From Chiloscyllium plagiosum (taxonomy: Eukaryota): DNA of 64,000 bases. The notes beneath the pieces were generated by a model, which worked only from the letters and a program-made list of their open reading frames with translations, did not search any database and had not been told where the DNA came from. Both the position numbers and the translations under genes were made by a program. The stretch covers positions 29,979,829-30,043,828 of the forward strand of contig NC_057720.1 in the NCBI RefSeq assembly GCF_004010195.1, in the 5' to 3' direction. Positions 52,004 through 64,000 of this stretch are shown piece after piece (the first letter of the stretch is position 1; every line of letters starts with the position of its first letter).

Positions 52004-52360
52004 TGTCAGGACACCTGTTGGCAGAGGCCTTCTTCTGTTTCAGAAAAACTAGCAATTCACAGTAGGATGTCCCTGAAGCAAACATTTATTTGCCACATAA
52101 GGATCTCAAAAGGCCAAGGACGAAGCAGATGCTCAAAATCGGAGATAAGTATGAAACAATGGGTAGGTCACACATTTCAATTTAGGAATCTTGCCCCTTT
52201 CAAACCCACTTGTGGTTAAAATTTCGTCCCATGCATCAGAAAGTGCATTTCCAAACAAAGTCACAAATCATCTAAGGCTTCTCATTAACTGACATTTAAA
52301 AACACCGAAAACATAAGCAATAACTAAGCAACATCTTAAACATGCTAAAGTGAAATTCAC

Positions 52361-52400
52361 CTGTCTTGCAATATGCTGTTCCCACAGTTCATAGATTGAT
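52361..52400 (-). CDS. FAAH: FAAH-like exon (exon 12 equivalent), 40 bp
   Basis: ttcttttag|A TCA...AGA CAG|gtgaat; SIYELWEQHIARQ vs FAAH SAGKLWELQHEIE. Confidence 0.88.
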
Positions 52401-52864
52401 CTAAAAGAACATAGAAAGATGCAAGCAATTTACAAAAGAGAAAGACGCAAGAAAAAGGGAAATAAAAAGGTTTGAATTAACTGCATTCATTGTAAATTTG
52501 GAATACTCTAATATTACCAATAGCTGTTAAAAAAAATCAGCAAATTTAATTTTAAATAATTGGAACTATTCAAAATCAAAATGTTCCTTTGATAATTTTG
52601 AATTTTACAATTAATAGCCATCAATCACTCTGAGCCACACTAAAAGGAGGGGCTGATCACTTAATAGCAGGCATTCCTCTGTTATCAGGCAGAGGTACTG
52701 GACTTGCAATGTACAATCCAGAGCAGTTTGAGAGAATGCAGGTGGCTTCTAGAAAGATATTTCTAAAATAAATTATCACCATACTCAAAAGACAAATTCA
52801 TAAACAAATTCATACAGAATACAAAATCAAAATAAGGACTGAATAAAGCTGCTCAAAACCTTAC

Positions 52865-52908
52865 CTTACTCCACCCAAATACTTGAGGGTCTCAGAAATT
52901 CTAGGACT
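52865..52908 (-). CDS. FAAH: FAAH-like exon (exon 11 equivalent), 44 bp
   Basis: ctgttttag|AGT CCT AGA...GTA AG|gtaagg; SPRISETLKYLGGVR vs FAAH LPRLSAFLSNMKSR; phases 0 and 2 fit both neighbours. Confidence 0.85.
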
Positions 52909-53679
52909 CTAAAACAGGTCGAGAGAGATTATAGGTATTAAGTAGTAGTACTGATAGCAGCTAAACATCGAAACCAAACAGTAATTATTCAGACATATTT
53001 CATTACAAACTAACAATTATTTCAATCCAGTCTAAATGTCGTTTCAAAAAAACAGGGTTCCTAAACTGCCCTAGGAATCAAACAAGAATGTGGTAGATTG
53101 GAACATTATTTGGGAAACAAAACAATGGCAAAGATTGTCACCATTATCTGTGACAATCTCCAGGATTTTTTTTTCCCTTGGGTACAAGTTGTCTCGTGCA
53201 GGGGAGACAGATGCTCTGGTAGCTTGTGATTTCAGGAAGGGTGAGGATTACTCAAGGTGATGTGACTGTGGCAGAACTGGCCATGAAGATATTTGTATGC
53301 TGGGTATTACAGTCTGTTCTAACCCAAACTGTTGGATGACAATAGAAATAGGAGTGGAGATAGAGGAGTATGGAGTAGTCAAACTTTAATAATTCCACAG
53401 TGATTTGAGCTAATGGTGCGGGATGGAAAGGAAAAGGGGATAACTATTGAATAATTTATTAAAACTATGGAGATCAACCTTACTGATAGCAATTCCAAAC
53501 TGTTGACAATAGCTCCGCCAGCTGGTTATTCCTGTTATAAGTCTAGAGTAGCATAATGAGTAGACTGTATGTGTTAAAATTATAATTTTTATTATAAGTT
53601 ACATTATTAATAATATATATGGAACACCTTAATTCACTTATCCAAAGAGATAATAAAGATCCCTTACTTCACCAACTTA

Positions 53680-54230
53680 TTATTCTTAAAATACTGCAAG
53701 GTCTAGCTTCGCATTCTCCATAACTAAACCTATTCAAGTGTTGATCTTCGTTAAGAATTGTGATTTCCTTTTATTACATTGAACAAGCTCCTTCATGTTA
53801 TTATCAGAATTTAAAGTCGTATTATGGGGAGTCAGTTCTTTCAAATCCTATAACTATCTCTCTAGAGAAGCACTTCTCAAGTGCTTCCTTTCAAAACTAA
53901 AAGAAAGTTTAATCTCTTCATTCCTCCCTCACAAGTCAGTCCTTTGACACTAGAGACCGCTTAATAAACTGCCTCCAAATAGTTCACTTAATGGTCCCAA
54001 GTGGATCCAATATACAAGCCGTGCTCTGCTCAAGATATTTGATGGGCACTGCCTGCAAGGGCAGTAGAGATGGGAAACTCCTCAAATCTTTAAAAAAGTA
54101 CACAGATGAGCACTTGAAATGTCACAACATTCAAGAATATGGGCCAAGTGCTGGAAAATGGGCTTAGTGCAGATAGGCTGGCACAGACACAGTGACCCAA
54201 AGGACTTCTTCTATCCCTCTGAGATCCTCA
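53680..54230. mobile_element. Old CR1 remnants (minus ~53680-54030; plus 3' tail ~54040-54230)
   Basis: 54060-54215 is homologous to 5945-6100. Confidence 0.6.
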
Positions 54231-54762
54231 AACTTAGATTAGACTGGCCTCGCTGTCGTGTTCAATATTAAAACAGACATGAGTTCAGCAGAAAGGTTCA
54301 CAGCAGAGTTAAGAAAATCATCAAGCGAATGGCAACAGAAATGATTTGTACCTCTGCCTCAATGATTCGAAACACAACGTGGATAGCTATTGCTGTTGGC
54401 ATTAGGAAAGAGTGCTTTTTTTGTAATTAATCATTTTGTTCATGTTTATTGGACTGAATTTCACAATTTTTGTCCTGCAGCCCCACTTATTTGATGGACT
54501 AGTTAACAGAAATCCCAAATTTCTCTCTTCAATATACTGACCCGGACATATGACCTCTCACAATCTGGCAGTCTCTGGTCCAGCAAAGGCCCAATTCCAA
54601 TGCTGCCATGTTAGGGAGGTACAAATGGTATTTGCAAAGCAAAAATGCCAATTCCAATTTTTTTAAAAATGCATCCCATTTTTATATTTTTCTGCAAGAT
54701 CTCATTAAATTAGATTATTTATTTTTAAAAGTTAGCAAATTTGGGTGGGATGTTTTACTTAC

Positions 54763-54862
54763 AAATGGCTTCAGAAACATGTACAGGATCTTCTTTAGTA
54801 CTTTAGGCACTGTGTTTATAAAAAACAGATCTTTCAAAGTCGAATCGATGATGTCTCCTTTT
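54763..54862 (-). CDS. FAAH: FAAH-like exon (exon 10 equivalent), 100 bp
   Basis: cttttcag|A AAA GGA...CCA TTT|gtaagt; KGDIIDSTLKDLFFINTVPKVLKKILYMFLKPF vs FAAH KGDFVDPCLGDLV...LVKPL. Confidence 0.92.
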
Positions 54863-55689
54863 CTGAAAAGTACAAGTAACATAAGAGCTAGTCGCATTGA
54901 TTGGTTTCCATATGAAAGCATGTGATAACATTGTTGAGGAAGATCAGTGGACAAATCTTTGTACCCATCTGAGTTACATCCTGTGCCACAGTGTCAAATT
55001 CCCATGCACGCACAAATCATGATTTTGTTACACATATCTGCCAACTTACCAAGCAACTAAAGACTCAACTTTCAATTAAAATAACAACCCTGATTAAAAG
55101 TATATCACCAAGTAATAAGCATCGTGGTTTCTCAAGTCTCTCATCAGTCTTCCCTGACAAAATTCTGAATCGTCGATACTATAATTTACTCTTGCTTTTA
55201 AACTTTTTGCTAAAGTGTACAAAAGCAATTCAAATAATATTCTAAAAATACCTTCAAGTTTTGCTTCTGTATTCTATGCCTCGAGTCTATATTAACTATC
55301 TAGATGTCCATCATGCCTGGTCTATATCCTCTTTGGCAAATTTGCCCTATTTCCCAGCCTCTATTATGGTGCCATCAGCAAAGTACAACATTGTTCCCAC
55401 AAACCTGAAGACAGGATCATTAGTGGATATCATAAATAAGATTAGTTCTAATACCAGTCTCTGTGGAGTATCTCCCACCACATCTTCACAGTTCACGATA
55501 TAAGCTTTGTCCATACAATTGGCTTTCTGTCCTCCAAGCTATCGCTCTATGCGTATAATCATAATCCGTTTATTCCATTTTCCATTATTTTTGCTGTAAG
55601 CTTCTTAGCTAATAAATGCACCGCAAAAATCCACAGAAAATAATGAGTCGCCACATTTCCCACAGCTAATAATCTTTATTAAACTTGAA

Positions 55690-56190
55690 ATATTGCAGAG
55701 AGTTCTGGTCACCACACTACCAGAAGGATGCTAATGCCTTGGATTGGGTACAGAAAAGGTTCACTAGGATGTTGCCTAGTAATGGGGGATTTTAGCTATG
55801 AAGAAAAGTTTGATAGACTGGGTTTGTTTTCCCTGGAATAGAGGTGGTTGAAGAGTGACCCGATAGACGTTCATACAATTTTGAATGACATGGATAAAGT
55901 GGAACATATGAGGCTGTTTCCCATGGTGGAGGGAATCAGAGGGATGTGGGGTGTGTCTGACAAGTTTTTCACACAAAGGCTGGTGAGTGCCTGGAATGCA
56001 CTAGCAGAGGAGGTGACAGAAGCAGACACAATAGCAGCATTCAACAAACACCTGAATGAATACACGAATAGGAAGAGCTTTGAGGGATATGGATCCTGTA
56101 AGTGAAGACAGTTTTAGAATGAAAGGGCAAAATGTGTCAGTGCAGTCTTGGAAGGCCGAAGGGTCGGTTCCTGTGCTGTATCGTTCTTTG
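55690..56190 (+). mobile_element. CR1 3' fragment, preceded by a very old minus-strand RT remnant (~55250-55660)
   Basis: gttctggtcaccacactaccagaaggatg; FFTQRLVSAWNAL. Confidence 0.85.
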
Positions 56191-56259
56191 CTCTTTACGT
56201 CACAAAGAGTTCTACATTGTGGAATTCAATTTTATCTGATCAAGCAAATGCAAAGTAAT

Positions 56260-56890
56260 GCAGATTCTTGGAACCTGAAATGAAAACTAAACATTCTGGG
56301 AAATATTCAATAGGTTAGGCAGCATCTGTGGAGAGAAATAGAGTTAAATTTTTCAGAGCGATGATACTCCATCAGAATTGATGAAAGGCAGAAATGTAAT
56401 AAGTTTGAAGCAAGTGAAAGGAAGGATGGGTGGAGTTAGAGAAAGACAAGAAAAGGGACAGTTTGTGATAGGGCAGAGGGCAGAAAAAAGTAAATATTAA
56501 AAATAGTTTAGTGGTAATGGGTAAAAGTCAATACAGGGCAACCTCTTATCCAAACATCGATTATCCAAATTTCGAATTATTTGAACAAGATCTCAAGGTC
56601 CCGATAATCGAGGGTGCCCTGTAAATAGAAGACAATTCCAAATGAGAAGCAATGGGCTTGGTAACTGCTATCTGAATTTACAACAAACCAAATAAAGATA
56701 CAAGAGAAAAAAGGAACCAGCAAAAAAAAAAACAAAAATTGAATGGAGGAAGCGGTCATGATCCAAAATTGCTGAACTCATTGCTGAACCCTTAACACTG
56801 TAAAGTCAAACTGAAACATTAGGTGGTCTACCCAGAGCTTGGAAATGCTTCATTGAGCAGGCCAAAGACAGAAAGGTCAAAAAGGAAAAA
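56260..56890 (-). mobile_element. Old Penelope 3'-end/pLTR remnant with a nested MITE
   Basis: aggttaggcagcatctgtggagagaaatagagttaa; aaattgctgaactcattgctgaaccc. Confidence 0.6.
56534..56621. mobile_element. 88-bp pogo/Tigger-type MITE
   Basis: TA|CAGGGCAACCTC...GAGGGTGCCCTG|TA (11/12 inverted match, TA duplication); internal ttatccaaa repeats. Confidence 0.8.
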
Positions 56891-57394
56891 GTTGGAAGAT
56901 TCACAATTAACTTGTCATTCTCTGGGTTGAATGTTATATTATATGTTCTGGTAAATTGTCAGCAATTGAATTAAATCTAAGATCTGGTACTTTCCTAGCC
57001 TCTCTGTTTTATTTATTGAAGATAAGTCTCACTTGTGCCATCCATTAGGACAACTTTTAACACTATGTTGAATTTTCTTTAAAAAAAAAAGGAGTCACAA
57101 CTATTGACCACAATCCTTACATTTGATATAATCACAACTTTGATGCCTGTAACTGTATAACTTTTATATTTTCATTCATCCTGACCTATGCTGTTTCAGG
57201 AGCAAAGTACCAACTAAGGTTGGGTGATGGTCAGTTACGTATTACAAATCCATAACTGCCAAGAAACAGACTGCAGCAAATAACAATCAAAGTAATTGGT
57301 AATATGTAAACTTTAAAAACAACCTGACAAAAGTGCAATGTTAAAATTCTACTGAAAAGACATTTCATAGACTTTTCACTAAAATGAGACTTAC

Positions 57395-57492
57395 AATCTT
57401 TCCAAAAGTGTAGAGCCACCATCAGCTGTCATTCCATTTATAATAAGTTCATTGAGTACAGATTGAGTTCTCAGAGGTTTGAAGGGAACCAG
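57395..57492 (-). CDS. FAAH: FAAH-like exon (equivalent of human exon 9), 98 bp
   Basis: cttttcag|CTG...AGA TT|gtaagt; translates LVPFKPLRTQSVLNELIINGMTADGGSTLLERL, matching recalled FAAH LVPFLP...GGLFSDGGHTFLQNF; phase joins the next exon. Confidence 0.9.
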
Positions 57493-57799
57493 CTGAAAAG
57501 AAGAGAGAACATTTAGGATACAAGAACAATAAAGGATAAAAATTTAATCTGAAAGTAAGTAGCCAAGGTGGTGGCACAGTAGTAATATCACTGAATCACT
57601 AATCCAAAAGGCTCAGGCTAATGCTGTGGGGTCAGGGGTAAATTAAGGGATGGAAGGTCACTTCAGCCAAGTGAAATGTACATCTTGTAGTATGCATGAA
57701 GTTACTGACACAATGGGCCTCCCAGAAGAACATCTGCAGGAAATGTCATTGGCCACACAAGCTTGAGCTCCAGGAACCTGCATCTGCGAGGTAGACGAC

Positions 57800-60700
57800 A
57801 ACATAGGTGGAATATTTAGTGAAGTGGTCATCTTGCAGGTTAGACTGTTCAGGCAAGAGGGAATTGGTGACTGTCAGGCAGTATGAATTAGTATAGGACC
57901 CAGGCAGACAATGTACCTTGCATGTGGCAGGCTTTAGAATTGGTTCCATTAAAAAGTCACTGAGACCGATAGTTCCTCAGGAGAGTGCAACCAGAGATAA
58001 GTCACTGGTGCCTTGGGGGGTTCAGCTGTACAGGGGACCAGTTTGGTCCCCTCACCAATAGCACTAGCAAACTTACTGTAAAGATGTTTATCTTAGTCCT
58101 ATTCATATGTAGACAGATGTAGGCAAGGTGGAAGGTAATGAAGGAGAATAGAAGATCAATAATGATAAGGATTCCACAGTCAGAGAAACAGAAACACATT
58201 TATGTGACTGTTAAAGTGGATCTAGGATGCTATGTTATCTCCAGGATAGCATATGTTATGGAATGGCTGCAGGATCTTCTATTTAGGTAGAAACGGGAAT
58301 GAGTTTTGAAAGCAGACTTCAGGTCCTCATTGGGAGACTGAAAAAGGCAAGATCTCTAAAACAGTGGTCTCTAGAACACGGCAGTCCCACATGCTCGTGA
58401 GCATAGAAATTGACCAAATGCATATGTGGCTGGAAAGATTGTGTAGGAGTAGGTATGTTTCTAGGGCGCTGGGATTGGTTCTGGGGAAGGCGAGTCCTGT
58501 ACAAGATGGACAATCTACATCTGAACAGGACTAAGATAACATTTTTACAGTGAATTTGCTAGTGCTATTGGTGAGGGGACCAGATTGGCAGGGGATGGAA
58601 ACCCATGGGCAAATTCAGAGCAGAGAATGAGAGATAGAAACTTAAACAAACTTTGAAAGATAGAGGAGGCACAGACTAAAAAATGAGCAGTTTTTAAAAA
58701 GGTATGTACGTAAACTTAAGAAGTACAGTGAATAAAGCCAAGGGCACAGAATGGACACACAACAGCATTCTTATAACAGAAACCTTGCTTAAAGAAGGAA
58801 AAAGACAGCAGCTCAACACTCTTGGTTGTAGAGTTTTCATAACCATTATTGGTTAAGTGATGAATCAGAGGACAGAAGGGGTGATATACTATAAGAAACA
58901 TGTAATGAGGCCATATCAATTGAGCTCAGAAACAAATAAAGGAGCAGTACACTGCTCGCATACTATAGATCCCAAAGAGTAGAACAAAATTAGAGGATCA
59001 AATACATAGATAAATTTCTGAATGCACAAACAATAGGGCAATCGTAGTGGAGGACTTCAACTACCAAATATCAACTAGGATTTAAAAAGGACAAGGTCCA
59101 CAAAATTCTTGAACTGCATTAATTATTTTAGTCATATCAGCCCCAGTGAGAGCAGGCCCATTTATAAGCTTAATCTTAGGAAGTGAAGTTTGGGCATGTG
59201 GATGTCGTGCCCATTTTGAAGATTGTGATAATAATAGTTAGATCTGGAATCATTATGAAAAGTGCCAAAGATAGAAAGGGAGTTAAATTCTAAATTGACA
59301 GAAAGCACATTTTACAAATGTGACAGATGATCTGGCAAAAGTGGATAGGTTAAAGCAAAGTCAATGACAATCTAGTGGGAGTCATTCAAAAGCAAGTTTA
59401 TGGGCACAGTGTAGACATGTCCCCAAAAGAAAACACTGTGGTATTGCCAAAACTAGAACCATCTTGGTTCTCTAGAAGAGCACAGGGAAACAAAATAGAA
59501 AATTAGAGCTTAAGATGATCTCAAAACTTTAAGGTGTTACTTCCTTGATTACAGTGGTGAAATGAACAAGTAAATTCGGAAAACAAAAGGAGGATACTAT
59601 AAAGAAATACTGGGCAATTCAAGGAAAATCCAAATAAAGGTGTTTTATTAGACGTTAACATTTAAAGCAAGGGGATGACTAAGGAAAGGATTGGGGCAAT
59701 TGGAGATGCACATAGTAACTTGTGCATGGATGCAGAAAATATGGGCAGGGTCCTGAATAAGTATTTTGATTCTATCTTCACAAGGGGCAGGAATAATGTG
59801 GACATTTTAGTTAAAGAGGAATGGGAAATATTACATGCAATCTCTCAATAATGAAAAAGAAAGTACTTGAGAAATTGGCCTCCGAGGGTAAACAAATCTC
59901 TGGAGCTAAATGAATTATATCTTAGGCTGTACAGGGAAGCAAGGGGAGAAATAGTAGAAACTCCAAGGATCATTTTCCAATCCTGAATAGATGCAGGCAA
60001 GGTGTCAGAGGATTGAGGGTCTGGAAATGTTTTATCATTATTCAAAAAGGGTGGGAGGGATATGTCAAATAATTATAGGTAGTGGACAAGAAACTAGATT
60101 AACTGCTATTTGTAGAGGCATGGATTAATCAGGAATAGTCAGCATGTTTTTGTTAAGCAAGGATAATGTCCAAAATTGGTTCAATGGTCGGAATAAAGGG
60201 ATAATGGTCAACAGGTTTTTTTTTTAAAAATGAAAAAGCATATAAAAGTGATGTTCCATGGGGCTAAGTTTTGGGTCCCTTGCTGGAGGTAGTATTTATT
60301 AATGATTTAGTCTTAAATGTGGGAAATTTGCAATGACATCAAAATTGGCCAGGTAGTTGACAGTGAATAAGATCACTATCTGCTGCAGCAATGGACCATT
60401 GTTTGGTTGGCAGGTCAGGTAGATAAAGTGGGAAAGAGGACCTATGGAAAAGTCAATTATCACAGGGCACAAAACTGGAGATGATTTGTAGAAAGATTAG
60501 AGGGGACAGAAGGAAAAAGGTTTTAACCCAGAGACACAATTCTCTGCTTATTTTGATGATCGAGCTGTAGACACTCAATCCCTTTGAAAGGATGCTGATG
60601 CTCAAGCTACAACCAAAGCACTGGTCTGCAGACCAAATGCTGCTAAATGGGATTAGAATAGGCAGCTAATTTCTTTAAGATTCCCTGGAGTGTGGAAACA

Positions 60701-61010
60701 TGCACTTTGGCCCAACAAATCCACCCCGACCCTCCGAAGAGTAACCCACCCAGACCCATTTCCTTCTGACTAATGCACCTAACACTGTGGGCAATTTAGC
60801 ATGGCCAATTCACCTGACCTGCACATCTTTGGACTGTGGGAGAAAACCGGAGCACCCAGAGGAAACCCACACAGACACGGGGAGAACGTGCAAACACCAT
60901 ATAGACAGTTGTTAGTGGCTGGAATCGGGCCACCGTACTGCCCCTTTATTCAGCTGGCACAGACATGATAGGCTGAATGGCCTTTCTATGCTATATCTTT
61001 TCTACAGCTT
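57800..61010 (+). mobile_element. Heavily decayed, near full-length CR1 (ORF1 esterase to 3' tail)
   Basis: Colinear remnants: ggattccacagtcagagaaacaga (GDS.VR), ggacttcaactacc (GDFN), ggtgtcagaggattgagg, tail ggctgaatggcc. Confidence 0.7.
60680..60942 (-). mobile_element. HE1 V-SINE nested in the CR1 tail
   Basis: gggcaatttagcatggccaattcacctgacctgcacatctttggactgtggg. Confidence 0.9.
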
Positions 61011-61444
61011 TAAGTAATTGTCATTCCTTTCAACAACCAAAAGCAGTGAAGTATGTTCTGCAGAATTGTTGAAATGAGTCCCATTTATAGTCGAACTTTA
61101 CAATTTTTTTTTAAAAATCAACACTACGAATGTTAATTCATTAAAAATAAACTGAAGTAATATTTACTACACATTCTAGTTTTGATATGCAGTGGTATGG
61201 AATGAGGATTCTTTACTGGGTTAACATAGTCCTTCCAGGCAAAAGCAGAATCTGCTCTCCACTGCCTCTCCTCCTTCAAGTCAGCTTTAGGTGGAGCATG
61301 ACTTCACCCTGCACTCACCTGAACAAGAATACGGTCACATCCAAAAAAAAGCTACACCACTTGCCATAAATAATTAAAAATGGAAAACTTTCCAATCACT
61401 GGATCTAAGCAAGCACACAGTATATACAAATCATTCTTTCGGGC

Positions 61445-61560
61445 TCTTGTGACACAGTGGCAGTGTCCCTACCTATGGGCCAGAAGGCCTAGGTTCAAGT
61501 CCCACCTGCTCCAAAAGGTGTGTAGTAACATCTCGGAGCTGGCTGATTAGAAAATTTCTA
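61445..61560 (+). mobile_element. tRNA-derived SINE head fragment
   Basis: gtgacacagtggc (A-box-like), ggttcaagtccc (B-box). Confidence 0.55.
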
Positions 61561-62476
61561 CAAGCCATTCTTTCCTCACAAATTGACATTGGTCAGACTT
61601 ATTGATCCTACACCACATCACCGTTCTGAACTTCATCCACCAAATCCTGTTGCATCCCTGAAGGATTCCATTAAGTTTCTAACTTGATTTTTATGAATTC
61701 ATTTCTGCTTTTCATCACTAGTTTCCCTCCTGGGAAATACAACACAGAAATTATCAGAGAATCGGCCATGACTTTATTGATTAGGCTACATGCACTGCAA
61801 TCAGGGTTTACGTGCACTTAAGCATTAATATCGTCAGGCTGCATTCAGCAACCTGCCCCATAAGCAATCTTTTTAGTAGTTTGCTTAGGTAGTATTTAAT
61901 AGCAGTTTTCCCTATCCTCAAGTGGTCACATTGTCACCCAGCCTGCTCGTAGAACGTTTCATCAATATTACTTCTGCGTGCAAAGTGTTATTAAATAGAT
62001 TCCTTCACTGATATGTCCAATAGCTATGTTACTGAAAACTGATACAAAGATTTGACTGAAACAAAGGAAGATTTATGTCTTAGGCAAGCTGAAACATACT
62101 GTTTATACCAAATGTTTCTTATCCTTTAAAGGCACAGCTTTCTACTGAGGTATGCTCCTATGGGTACTGGCAATCTCCTGGCTCCCATTTTTCATGCATA
62201 GTTTTTGACAAGTTTCAAAAAACATTTGACTTAAGCATAAGGCTATTATTTGACACCCAAGTTCAAAATTTATGAAAAGGACCATTGGACTTTATCATAA
62301 ACAAGCTCTTGGGTTTCTCACTGTTTTACTATTCCCTTTGTCAGGAAGAATGGATATGAATTGTGGTGCTCAGATTTGGCCTGGCTGAGATCAGCTAATT
62401 TAGCAAAGATAGGAATTGAATCACTATATTCCTAACACATTGTTATGAAGATGTGTTACGTAAAGTATTAATTGTA

Positions 62477-62661
62477 CAGTCAACCCTCTATCCGCAAGGG
62501 TTCCACTTCTGAAATGCCATGCGAATGATGAAATTCACAGGTATACAGTTCATTACAAATAGATTAATAATCACGGACATGCAATTTTTGCCTGATGTTG
62601 ATTTTTGTTGTTACTAGGTGAATTTGCTATTTGTGATTTTGTGGATACAGTGCATTTACTG
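62477..62661. mobile_element. Decayed pogo/Tigger-type MITE, 185 bp
   Basis: TA|CAGTCAACCCTCTATCCGCAA ... TTGTGGATACAGTGCATTTACTG|TA. Confidence 0.6.
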
Positions 62662-63099
62662 TACATCTTGAATGTTTTGGAAAGAACACTTTGGAAAGTA
62701 AAAGACACAGGCTGCAGCAATTATAAGGTTGCATTTTCATGGAACAAGGTGCTTGGATGGAGACACCAAGATGATAACATTCAGAGATTAGGTTTCATTT
62801 GTAAAAAAGTATACTGGATTTGATCTCGAAACAAAGTCCCAGATAGCTTCCCAGAACAACAGCTTTTGCCCTCACACCCTCTTTTTCGGAATTCCTTAAG
62901 TTTCAGAGTTGACATTCCAACTGGAAGACCTCATTACCACAACTGGAGTGTTCTTAGAAAAAAGGGAGAATTTGGAATCAACACTACTGTCCAGCACAAA
63001 CTCAGAGAGACTTGATGGGCTGAATAGTGTACTTCTGCTTCTACATCTTATGCTCTTATATTGTTCTAGACAACTGTTCTAAATATACTCTATGATTCC

Positions 63100-63560
63100 T
63101 TCCCCAGCCAATTTAATTCCTTAAATTTACCTAACGATTAAAATTATCCATGATTAATGTGCTTCTTTTTTACATACCCCAATTAATTGTCCAATAGTAT
63201 GGCTACTGTTGGGAGGAGGGAGATATACTACTCCTACCAGTGTCCTTTTCCCCTTGCTATTTCTTACCTCCACCATATGGATTCTATATCATTCACTCCA
63301 GCCTCATTTCTTGCAATCATACTTACTTCGTCTCGTACAACAAAGCTACACCCCACATTTCCCTTTCCACTTGTCCATTTAAAAAAGTCACATATCCCTA
63401 AATATTTAGTTCTCAGCTCTGATCCCCTTGTAACCATGTGGCTGTAAGATCATACCAAGTAACCTCTATTTGTGACATTAATTCATTTATTTTATTCTGA
63501 ATACTGAGCAGTTGAGCTGATAATTTTGCCTTTATGATTTCTTCCTTTTTGATCCTATAT
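63100..63560 (-). mobile_element. Old CR1 endonuclease remnant, with a plus-strand CR1 tail at ~63000-63065
   Basis: SIQNKINELMSQIEVTWYDLTATWLQGDQ. Confidence 0.7.
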
Positions 63561-63594
63561 GTTGTGTGGAACATGACTTCAGCTACAGGTGCCA

Positions 63595-63740
63595 AAAAAG
63601 AAACCTGCAGTTGCTGTAAATCAGAGACAAAACATCAGTTCTGAGGATGGGTCACTTGATTCAAATCGTTAATGCTGATCTCTCTCCACAGATGCTGCCA
63701 CACTTGCTGAGTTTTTCCAACAATTTCTGTTTTTGTCAGC
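63595..63740 (+). mobile_element. Penelope pLTR remnant, same family as 51674-52003
   Basis: catcagttctgagga...cagatgctgccacacttgctgagtttttccaacaatttctgtt. Confidence 0.75.
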
Positions 63741-64000
63741 GACAGATGCATTTGGGATCATTTGAGAGTCATGCTTTTTGTTGAATTAAATGGTTAGTTG
63801 GAAAAAGTGCCATCTCACCAAGAGTTTCTACCACTAAACTACATTTTACTACTCTTCTGATCTTTTGCACTTCCAAAGCAACATTTGCCTCCCTTTCCCA
63901 CAAGAAAATTTAAACTCTCTTGCACTCAAGGACCCATTACAGAGAACTACATAACAGACATCACTAAAAACAACAAGTTTCATATTCCTGGCATCTCTCA

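Noticed and set aside
57493..64000. FAAH exon 8 equivalent (LRxGYY...AGHT)
   Set aside because: Not found by eye; presumed to lie beyond the window end.

Overview
Vertebrate genomic DNA, very probably from a shark or other elasmobranch, judged from HE1/V-SINEs, abundant CR1 LINEs, Deu-SINE remnants and Penelope elements. The only host gene I can support is the 3' half of a fatty acid amide hydrolase (FAAH/VDHAP-like) gene on the minus strand. It has seven coding exons (57492 down to 36575) with canonical GT-AG sites and consistent phases, totalling 663 nt (220 aa plus stop); its 5' exons lie beyond the window. Positions 1-36000 appear intergenic and TE-rich, with some TE-poor stretches that may be regulatory. 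Three observations stand out. (i) A 900-bp intronic insertion (51104-52003) bounded by an 11-bp target-site duplication has two inverted Penelope termini enclosing a captured copy of a nearby FAAH exon plus intron. (ii) Minimal hammerhead-ribozyme motifs occur in several families of Penelope-derived hairpin elements. (iii) The FAAH-like protein appears to have an altered acyl-chain pocket.
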